From NCBI GenBank assembly GCA_023213395.1, contig CM041465.1:81971741-82035740 (forward strand): a stretch of 64,000 nt of DNA, written 5' to 3'. Source of the DNA: Cycas panzhihuaensis (taxonomy: Eukaryota; Plantae; Cycadophyta). Positions 53,428-64,000 of the stretch are shown here, piece after piece. Both the position numbers and the translations under genes were made by a program. The notes under the pieces are model-generated. The model did not search any database and had not been told where the DNA came from. It saw nothing but the letters and a program-made list of their open reading frames with translations. How positions within the stretch are numbered: position 1 is the first letter of the stretch; the number at the start of each line of letters is the position of its first letter.

Positions 53428-56400
53428 TGATGAAAAATAGAGCAAAGACTAATCTGAATTAGACAGAAAAGAAGTATATTTTCCATTGAGATTTAACCTT
53501 CTTAAGTATACATCAACAATGTAATGGTTACAACCTCTAATGTAACCAATCGCTATGACACTGCCAAGTGGCATCATCTTACACTATGACTATATTGAGG
53601 GTGGTCTTAACATGACACGCTTTTATACCTAGATAAAACATTATATCTTAACACCCCCTCTTAATATTTTATCTCTAATAATCTAATTTTGTCTCTTAAA
53701 TATTTGAGTCTTTCTCTTCCAAGAGGTTTTGTGAGAAGATCTGCAACTTGTTCTGCAGAGGGGCAGTATTCCAAGTCTATCTCTTTATTACGTACTCTTT
53801 CTCTTATGAAATAATGATGAACTTCAATGTGCTTTGTCCTTGCATGTAGAACTAGATTTTTGGTCAGCTTGATGGCACTTTGATTGTCACACTTCAAGGA
53901 GGTTGCTTCTTTTTGTTGTTGATCCAAGTCGAACAGAAGTTGCCTTAACCATATAGCTTCACAGGTTGCTAATGTGGCTGCTTTGTATTCCACTTCTGTA
54001 GAGGAGAGAGCTCGTAGTTTGTTTCTTACTACACCATGAGATTATTGAGGCTCCTAAGAAGAAATAATATCCGCTGGTGGATTTCCTTTGTTCTTTGTCA
54101 CCGCCCACCGTAGTCGCATGACTCGATATTTCGACTAGATACCCTTTCAAGTATACTAACTTGAAATCTGTTGCTCCTTTGAGATATCTTAAGACTCTTT
54201 TTGCAGCTTGCCAATGTCTCAACTTTGGATTTTCTATGTATCTGGATATTAGTCCTACTGAGTAGGATATGTCAGGCCTGGTGGCTATTAAATAGATTAG
54301 ACTTCCAATCATTTACCTGTACAGTGTGACATCTACATCCTTTTCTATACTATCTACTATTAAGTCACAGTTTGTTTCCATGGGTGTTGTGCATGGATTG
54401 CAATTCTCCATTTGAAATAGAACAAGCAGACTTTTGATGTAGTTACTTTGGGACAAGGTTATATAGTTTTGATGTTGACCTACCTCCAGTCCCAAGTAGA
54501 AATTTAGAAGCCCCAAGTCTATCATTTCAAATTTTTTCTGCAGTTGACTTTTGATCCACTTAATTCCTTCTTCATCATCTCCAGTGAGGAGCATATCATC
54601 TACATAGACAACAATTATTGTTATCTTGTTGTTTATTTTTCTTATGTAGAGACTGGAGTCGGAGTTGCACCGAGCAAACTTATTTTCTTCAAGAAAATGA
54701 TCTAATTTGGCATATCAGGCACGTGGAGCTTGTTTTAGACCATACGGAGCCTTTTTTAGCTTGTAAACTAGATTCTCCTGCCCCTGTTCAACGTATCCTT
54801 CTGGTTGTTGCATATAGACTTCTTCTTCCAGCTCATCGTTTAAGAAGGCGCTTTTTACATCTAACTGTGAGATTTTCCAGTCTTGTGCTACAGCTAAGGC
54901 AATTACTGTATTCATTTTTGCAACTGGAGAGAAAGTCTTATCAAAATCTACTCCTGTTGTTTGAGTGTACCCTTTTGCAACTAACCTTGCCTTATATTTT
55001 TCTATTTTGCCATCCATTCCCCTTTTTGTTTTGTAAACCCATTTGTAGTTTATAGTGGATTTATTGGCAGGTAGTTCTACTAGCTCCCATGTTTGATTTT
55101 TCTTGATTGAGTTCATTTCATTGTCCATTGCCGCTTTCCATTCTTGATGATCTTTTGCTTCTTGAAAGTTATGTGGTTCGACTTTACATAGAAGGGCTCT
55201 TGACTTTTCTCCCCGTGTTTTTTATTCTATTACGCTTCCTTCTTCAACTGTTTTAATGTACCATTTTGGCAGCTTTTTCTGTTTTTGTGGGTCTTCTTTT
55301 TCGATCATGTCTTCTGGTACTTGACTGGTTAAAGATGAATCTGCTTGTCCTTCTTACGAAGTGATTTCAATCACTTCTTTCTTGACTTCTTGATTTTCTG
55401 AGGTAATTTCTGACTTATTTTCTCGCTTATCATCTTCTTGCATCCCTTCATATCTGACAGCTTCTTGTTCATTTTTCTTCTCATCTTCTATTATTCTAAT
55501 TTGTGAGGATCCAATGTAGTTTTCTTTGTTAAAACAACATCTCGCTACATAAATTTTATTAGTTTTTAGATCTATGCATTTGTAGGCCTTTGAATTTTTA
55601 CTGTAGCCTATTAAAATGCATTCTATACTTTTTGCATCCAATTTGGACCTTCTTTTATCAGGAATATGTACAAATGCTTGGCTACCAAAAATTCTAAGAA
55701 GACTTACATCAGGTTTTTGTCCTGTCCAAGCTTCTTTTGGAGTGATATCTTTTAATACCTTTGTTGGACTTCTGTTTATCAGGTAGCATCTTTGTCGATC
55801 GCTTATGCCTAATATGTTTTTGATATTTTGGTTCCATACATCATGCTTCGAGCCATTTCCATCAGAGTTCTATTCTTTCTTTCGGCCACTCCATTTGACT
55901 GAGGGGTGTAAGGAGTTGTAAACTGTCTACGAATCCCTCGATCCTTGCAGTAATTTAAAAACTCCTTTGATATATATTCCCCTCCTCCATCTGATCTGAT
56001 GCATTTGATTTTCATTCTTGATTCTAACTCTACTTCTGCTTTGAATTCTTTAAACGTTTCAAAAACTTCTGATTTATTATGCAGGAAATATCCCCATACT
56101 TTCCAAGTGAAATCATCAATGCAAGTTAGAAAATATCTGCATCCATTAATTGTGAGAGATGTAATTAGGCCACAAATATCTGTATGTATCAATTCTAATT
56201 TTGTCTGAGCTCTCCAAATGCTTTCTTTAAAAGGCAGTCTATGCTATTTTCCAAGTTGGCAACCTTTACAAATAAATTTATCTACTGAAATATTAGGTAG
56301 ACCATTAACCATTCCTGATTTTTCCATTTGTTTAAGTGTGTCAATTGAGAGATACCCATACCTTAAATGCCAAGCTTTATTACTAGATTTAAAAGTAGTA

Positions 56401-58638
56401 CAAGCTTTTTCTTCCAGATAAGGAAGTACAGGATCTGACAAGAGTTTGTAAAGATCATTACATCTGATTCATTTTGTAACAATTTTCCCACTTCTCTTCA
56501 TGTCAAGAATATGACAGTTCCCTTCTTCATCGAAGATGGTTCTCAATCCCTTTTTGCTTAATTGAGAAACAGAAAGGAGATTCATTTTTAGATATGGTAC
56601 AAATAGAACATTTCCAATTCTTTTTTCATTTCCATCCAGAATTACTGAGATAGTTCCAATCCCTTTTATATTAAGGGAGTACTTGTCGCCCAATTCTACT
56701 GATTGGTCCATATTGTAGGGTTTCGTGGTTTCAAACCATTCTTCCCGACTTGTCAAATGTTTGGAGGCTCCTGAGTCTATGTACCATATGTCTTTGTCTT
56801 TCATACTAGTAACTAATACTGTGATGAAAGCTGTCTCTTCTTCCTCCTTCTCTTCGTCCTTCTCTTTGTTGTAGCCTCCAATGGGTCGCTTGCCTTTCTG
56901 AATTTCACTTCGTCTTTGTGGACATTGATATGGATAGTGTCCACTTTGTCCGCAATAGCAACAAATATCAAAGATTCTGCAACTGCTGGCGAAGTGTCCG
57001 GTTCTTCCACAGTTGTAGCTGACTCTATTTTCTCTGGTCCATCCTCGCCCTCTAGAACTTTGCCAGCGTCCTCATCCTCGGAAGTCTACTATTCTGCTTT
57101 GTCCTCGAAGTTGTTATCTCCCTCTTAGCCCGAGATTTAGTCTGGATGCAAAAGCATCCTCCAATTCTGTCGTATTTTCATACGTTTTATTTCTCTGTTC
57201 TTGTCTAAGTAATAATCCTGTCAATTCATCAAGAGTTAACTTGTCTAACCTATCACTGTCTGTGATAGTATTGACAATTGTGTCAAATGACTTTGGTAAC
57301 CTTGCAGTTACAATTTCTACCAGGTCTTGTTCAGAAATTATACCTCCGGCACTTAAGAGGTTATTTCTGACAGTAATAATTTTATGCATAAAATCCTCTA
57401 CCTCTTCATTTTCTTTCATGTGAAGTTTGTATAGTTCTTCTTTGAGTGCAATTATTCTTGCCTTGTTCTTTTGCCCATATAAATTTTCTAAACATTTCCA
57501 TATTTCAGATGCCAGATTCAATTTTTCAACATAGACTAGAACTGAATCTGAAATTGACATTTTCAATGTGAGACTGGCCATATTATTTCTTTCAATCCAA
57601 CTTCCTAACTTGTCATCACCAACTGGAGGACGTTTTTCTGTACCTTTAGCAATTTCCTAGGCATTTTTTACCCTCAAAATAGTTTCTAACTTGATTTTCC
57701 ACACATGATAGTTAGAACCGGTTAATTTTTCTGGTTCAGGCAGAGAAATGAGGGATGAAGACATTTTCTTCAAGTTAAAAAACTTAGTTTAGAGCCTGTC
57801 TGTACGGTTGTATAGATTTCCGTACAAAACCCTAGGTGTATGGCCTAGATAAAAAAATACCTCAAAATCGAGGTTTCTTAGTCACCTATGAGGATCTGAA
57901 GTCAGTTTTTTGAAAAAGTTTTTCAAATGAGAGAAAACGGCTCCGGAAAGAAAAACGGCGGGTAGGGCAGAAAATCAGTTTTTTTAAAAAATCACTAGAA
58001 AAACTCGAAACAAATCTTCAAATATGGATGCAAATTCAATATATTGATACTAAGAAGGGTTTTTGACTGGAAATACCCAATATTCTGAGAAAATCATGAA
58101 GATTTTTGATGTGAATCCTCCAAAAACATGTAGACTGGTTTGGGCTCGATTTGGCTTGGAAAATGACCTCAGATGGCTCTGCTCCAGAAGACAAATATGC
58201 TCAGCGTACTTCGATCTACTTCCCCACCAAATTTTGTTGTAATCTAACACTTTTGAAAAAAAATCATCCGTACAAGTCCGTACGATTCCGTACACCAGAG
58301 AAATAATGATGCAGATGTCCTAACTGCCTTGTTTGCTACTTCAATCCTTGATGGAACTGCTAGACAGAAGAAATATTTCAAAAAAGATCAGTTTTGGCGG
58401 CCTGCTCTGATACCATGATGAAAAACAGAGCAAAGATCGATGAATTAGGTAGAAAGAAGTATATTTTCCATTGAGATTCAACCTTCTTAAGTATACATCA
58501 ACAATGTGATGGTTACAACCTCTAATGTAACCAATCGCTATGATATTGCCAAGTGGCATCATCTTACACTATGACTATATTGAGGGTGGTCTTAACATGA
58601 CCCCCTTTTATACCTAGATAAAACATTATATCTTAACA
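53428..58638 (-). mobile_element. Full-length Ty1/copia LTR retrotransposon (5.2 kb)
   Basis: LTRs at 53428-53653 and 58416-58638 (TG...CA). TSD TCCTC/TCCTT (one mismatch). PBS TGGTATCAGAGC at 58404-58415. PPT AAGAGGGGG at 53654-53662. Confidence 0.97.
53661..57764 (-). pseudogene. Copia gag-pol with stops and frameshifts
   Basis: EKLTGSNYHVWK (gag), Zn knuckle CYCGQSGHYPYQC, WYIDSGASKH (PR), HTDICG...IRSDGGGEY...PQSNGVAERKNRTL (INT), KARLVAKGY, QLDVKSAFL, VYVDDMLL (RT), CDNQSAI...RTKHIEVH...ADLLTK (RH). PR-INT-RT-RH order. Confidence 0.97.
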
Positions 58639-60499
58639 TCCTTTAGAATTTCCTCCATCAATGCCTCATCCATAACTACATTGCAATAATATTTATTATT
58701 TATAAATTTATATAGCAATATAACTCTAATATGACACCTCCTAATAATAAGTTCATGATTGTTGCTTATATGGTTTACGCTCCTTATAAAAACTACATCA
58801 ACTTCTTCAATTCTTCTTAGCAATACTTATAGCACAACCTCTATCTCTTAAGAAAAAGATATTGTATGTCTATTATATTTATATTATCCACCCTTTACAT
58901 ATCTGACCTGTAAGATAAGACTAATTTTTGTAATCAACAATTCTTCTACTTTTGCTAACATTGCTAAGACATGAGGTTGATCCCCTAGATCCATGTTATT
59001 TCTTAATGAGAATCTATAAAATATTTTTTAACAATTGTATCATGAACACTCAGACCCCTTATGTGTTTTGTGAATTTTCATTTCAATATATGGTTCGTGA
59101 TAGATGTAACATAACTAGGATGCTAGCAATGCTTCAATTTAAATTTTGAATGATCTATAAATTTCTTTAACTTCATTGCTAAAATTGAGTCAAGATCTAT
59201 CATTGCCACATAAAATATTACTAGTCAAAGGAGTTTCCACTAAGCCAATGGTATTTTAAATATTACAACAACTTCTAATTTTAGTTTGCTCATTCTAATC
59301 TACATTAGCACTATAATTTCTATAATCATTCTCAACTAAAGGTTCTTTACCTTTTCACCGATGACTTGTGCATGCTTCTTTAGTTATTATCCCAATAACA
59401 TCTTTATGGCTTACAATATTACTTGGTCCTTCTCCCTAATTATCATGATTATTCTCAAGTTCTATACATTTTTTAATTATTCTCTATAAAGAATTTATGT
59501 CTCCTTTGATATTTTCATTGTTTACAACACTGTAATTTTTAATTAGTCCATTTTTTAAATACTAAAAAAGAAAACTATTTTAATTTTAGTATTATTCAAA
59601 CTATCTAAATATAAATCTTATATACTTTGGATTAAATTATTCACTTCGATAGTATTTTAATTTCTTTCTACTTAAACATTGCTCCCTATATCTTATACAT
59701 ATTTGCTCCTCCTCCTATGGTACTATTCTCACCATCTTCTTCTTTGTCTGTCTAACTCTTTAGGAATTATCTCAGAAGCCAATCTCCTTTTTGTTCACAC
59801 TCATACTATACATTTACATATTTAAAATTATTTTCACTGAGTTTGAGTTTAATTTATATTTTTTTCCTAAATGATATTGTATTAGAATAACACTTGTTAT
59901 TTAGTTCAAAGCATCTATTTCAACATTCTTTATCTTACGTCATATGTTACAGACCTTCATGTATAACTATTCCAAAATGTGAGTCAAGCATATTATTTGA
60001 AAGAGTAGTATTATTAGATGTATTTCTTTGTTCTAATTTTCTGACTCTCCTTTTGTAATTATTAGCTCTCCATCTTGCCTTTTCCTAATTTTGTTTAAGG
60101 CCAGTCATTATAGGAATTCTTTGTTAACTATGTTATAAACATTGGGTCTCTAAAGGGTAATTGTTTGACAAATGTTCTTGACAATGATTCATTTGTTTGA
60201 CGTGCATAATTTTCATAAGTTAAAGATTTGAGACTCTCAATAGAAATATTTTTATTTACTTATTTATTTATATATTTAATTATTATCATTACTTTTTAGG
60301 TTTTTTCCTGTAAATCTTTAATCTTATTTTCCAACACAATATATTAGTATTTTTTTCCATGTAAGATTTTACAGTTATAGTCAATCCTTTCTCTATACAA
60401 TTAAATCACAATGTTTCGAAACACGAGACTTCATTAACATCAATACTTATCAAATTTTTAATTACATTAGATAATATAAACATGTAAAAGAGGGCATTC

Positions 60500-62603
60500 C
60501 ACATGTATGATATAGTATAATCATCTTCTTAATGTATTAAAAAGTTGATCAGATATTAAATTATTTAATTTTAAGGGTAATTCACATGCATATTGTAGTA
60601 CAATCATCTTATTAATAACTTTAAGGTTAATGAGATATTATTATATTCATTAACCATGAATATCAAAATCGATGATGATTGGCACAATATTGAGTAACTT
60701 AATAATATATGACACTTGTAGGTGTTAATCAATTATATATTACTATTTGAATATAAAACTTTAAACCAAAATGCAATAGTTGATGATATATAGCATCATT
60801 AATTAGCATGTTCATATAGTGCACAATGATCGTATGATAATAATCTTACTATCAATTATAAAATTCCATCAATCTTTGCATCAATATTTACATGCATTAC
60901 ATAATTTCTCATCATATGGTACATATATACAATTGATATGCATCATATAGCACTATGATTTTATTAATAGCTTTACGATTTATCAAATATTTATAAACTC
61001 GTTAACCATGAGAATCATAGTCAATGATGAATACTACGATAATGAGACACTTGATAATATGTGTCTATTATAGATGGCAAACAATTATATATAATCAATG
61101 AATGTAAGACATTAGAGACAATATAATAGCTAACGATATATAACATCATTAATATAATAGCTTAAATAGTACATACAATTAGAGATAGTAAATGATATAT
61201 GAATGTAATACTTGGTGATAACTAGCAATAGATATATTCAATAGTTGATGTAAATATTAGGTCATTACAATTGCATTGAACTATCAACTATTGTATAGAT
61301 CTAATTATACCATGCCATTAAGTGTTCATATATCAACATACCCAATCCATCATATATACTCTATATGAACTATTATATAAGCAGGTTTATTATGTCTCTC
61401 ATATATTATTATATCATCAACTATCATATCATTAACACATCATATTCATCAACTATTTATGTATATTTAGTCATATATATTTATTACATGTCACACATCC
61501 CACATAGAAGCATACTATCAAGTTTTATTATCTGCATATAATGTATTAATTAGATATCATCATATCAACATTAAATAACCAAAAACTTTAAACATGCATC
61601 TTAACATCCATCATTGTTTTTTTGTTCATGCATCATACCGTGAATTATTTATGTCACATATGACTAACATAATCTATAAATAAATATAATTGTTTATTTT
61701 CATCAAACACAACATGCTTCATCAATTCATCTTTACATATGATTTCTTAGTTAATTATATTGGGATAACATATTATCTTATTGTAAAGATATGACATACA
61801 TCAATTATTCTCATATATCTAGTCATAGACACTAAATGAATGCCACACATTCCACATAGAAGCATACTATCATGTTTTATTCTTTGTATATTACATATTA
61901 ATTATATATCAACAATCATATTACTATCAATTATTAAATTCCATCAACCTTTGCATTAACATTTATAGTTATTAGGTAATTTAACTTTATTAGATGATGC
62001 AAACATGCAATTAAGTGCAATTGATATGCATCATATAGCACTAATATTTTATTAACTTCAAGGTTGATCATATATTTATATATTCATTAACCATGAAGAT
62101 CATAATCAATGATAAATTCTAGAATAATGATACACTTGATAATATGTGACTATTGTGGATGGTAAGCAATTATATATATAATTGATGAATGCAAGGCATT
62201 AGAGGACAATGTGATAGTTGATGATATATAACATCATTAATTTAATAGCTCAAATAGCACATACAATTAAACATGGTAAATGATATAAATGTAATACTTG
62301 GTAATAACAAGCCATAGACATATCTAATAGTTTATGTAAATATTAGCTAATTACAGTTCCATTTAACCATCAACTATTATATAGATCTAATTATGCCATA
62401 CCATCAACTGTAACTATATCAACATATCCAATCCATAATATATACTCTATATATGAATTATTATATTAAATGATTTATTTTATCTCTAATATCTTATTAT
62501 ATCATCAACTATCGTATCGTCAATATATCACATTCGTCAACTATTCACATATATTTAATCATAGATATTAATAACATACCACATATCTCATATAGAATCA
62601 CAC
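60500..62603. repeat. AT-rich degenerate tandem array (~350-bp subunits, ~1.08-kb higher-order duplication)
   Basis: TTAACCATGA at ~60650, ~61002 and ~62087. CACATAGAAGCATACTATCA at ~61501 and ~61853. 60845-61520 is collinear with 61920-62600. Confidence 0.8.
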
Positions 62604-64000
62604 TGTTTTCGGGCTACCGGGAATAGACATAGATGGGTCAACTCAGGTAAGTATAGGTATGCTTCTATCCCTCACCTCTATAAGTTCTACTAGAGGTGGA
62701 TTGAAGCATTTCATTTACATTACATGGATTCTTGGTTTATTGAGTGATCATTATGCATTTGTTGCTTGAGCATGCTACATTATACCATTTCAGCCTATGA
62801 CAATCTAGGGGTATGTATCCCATGGCATTCCACAACCCTCCTCCATATCTCCATATTGTCCCAAGTACTAATAAGCTCTTGTAGCCTGATCTCATCTCTG
62901 TTGACGTACGTCAACCCCTAGCACCTCGCCTAAGAATGGTTGTCGTATGTTCACTTATCTCTTAACTTTTTAGGAGTTTCTTGCCTTTGATATTTTACCT
63001 ATAGTAGGTCTCTTAGGTCCCATGATTGTCTCCTGCCACCTAGACAGAGTGTCATACCCCTTAGGTCTAAAGCATCCACTTTTTTCAGAGCTCCCAAACT
63101 TCCTTTTGTTATTTCTCTACCGCACCATGGTAAAGATCATGGTACTGCCACAAACTTCAAAGTACCGCGATGTTTACCATGGGGTGACTATTATTTTCTA
63201 TTTCTTTTAAATATGTCATGGCTAATTTTGTATTTATTATGAAATTACCATGTGGTAGAGATGTATTCCTGGCCCAAGCCAAACCCTAATCACTCAATTA
63301 AGCTAGGGTTAGGATTAAAACCCAAAAATGCCCTCATTTCTTTCTCTTTGACTCTCAAAAAACTCTCTCTCACTCATTCTTCTTAGCTTCCTATAGAAAT
63401 GCCCTATAAATAGATGACACATCAAACTTCCAGCTTGATATCAACCCTCTACATCTCTAGATCTACAGTAGTAGGCCTGCAACAAGGCTTCTCCAAGGAA
63501 GGACATGCTACAAGCTCGCCACAAAGTACAGATATCCTTCTTTAGTCCAGTCTCATCTTCAAATTATAACCTCCATAGGGATTCACTTGTAAACCCTGTA
63601 GGGTTGGTCTTCTTTACTCTTTTCTCAAGTAGATCTTCCCCTGATCTACTTACAACAAGTATTCCTTCCCTTCTACTTTGTTTTTTTTCCTTCAAATTAT
63701 TGAAAGTGGTTTGAATATCTTGCACAACACCCATTTCTCCTAGTTTTCTTATTGCACGTAGGAGGCAAACCCTCCTTTTTCTTATCTACTCATCATTCCT
63801 TCCAGCTCTTCCCTGGTTTCTCTAAGGGGGTAGTAAGGAAGAGGTCACAAGGGGAGAGTGAAAGGAGCAAAGGTGGGTTATGTACCCAATGAGCCTTCTC
63901 CTCAAGGGCAACCCCTTTCTCCCCCTTCCTCTTTCTCCTTCGTGCTTCCCTTAGGTTTCCAAAGGGCTTCCAGAAGAGAGGTCACCTTGGCAAAGTCTGT
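62604..64000 (+). repeat. Start of another Tat/Ogre-like LTR (truncated by window end)
   Basis: Collinear with 2803-~4150 (GCTACCGGG, TAAGT.TAGGTATG, CTAGGGTT.GG.TTAAAA.CCCAAA, CTCAAGGG). Interrupts the tandem array. Confidence 0.85.

Larger units (their letters stand above)
47400..60200 (-). mobile_element. Decayed Helitron (Helitron2/Helentron-like RepHel), interrupted by the copia element
   Basis: Minus strand: NNMDLGDQPHVLAMLAKVEELLI (~58930-59000) and IRRCHIRVILLYKFINNKYY (DUF6570-like). Rep motifs IFLTFTG..WPEL (~52740-52785), W*HYGSAHVHG (HUH, ~52525-52557), ANVDW*P...YIIKYTS (~52100). Pif1 motifs: decayed Walker A (~51070), ID*MSIIG, DFA*LPHV, TIHKSQGFTL (~49920-49947). Termini uncertain. 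Confidence 0.88.

Noticed and set aside
54618-55055. 145-aa plus-strand ORF
   Set aside because: Antisense to the copia RT; no independent support.

Overview
Repeat-dominated, AT-rich plant genomic DNA with a 500-N scaffold gap; a large-genome seed plant such as a gymnosperm is my inference from the element repertoire. No intact host gene is present. The window is a nest of decayed transposons: (i) the 3' end of a Ty3/gypsy element and a near-complete minus-strand relative; (ii) a Tat/Ogre-like gypsy element with a ~3.2 kb LTR, followed by an inverted LTR of the same family and a second copy of its RT-RH-INT region; (iii) a probable endogenous caulimovirid coat/movement-protein relic; (iv) an RT-deleted chromovirus; (v) two related non-autonomous copia-type LTR elements, one inserted in an L1-type LINE and carrying a captured host aspartic-protease (nepenthesin/CDR1-like) fragment with a candidate promoter; (vi) a frameshifted germin-like (cupin) gene in the clearest CpG-rich island; (vii) a Helitron2-like Rep-Pif1 element interrupted by a younger full-length Ty1/copia element; (viii) a ~350/1080 bp tandem array and another Tat-family LTR. 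The best leads are the LTR-borne gene capture, the Helitron2-like element and the viral relic. I see no convincing evidence of a wholly new functional system. All homology calls come from hand translation and motif recognition; internal boundaries are approximate.
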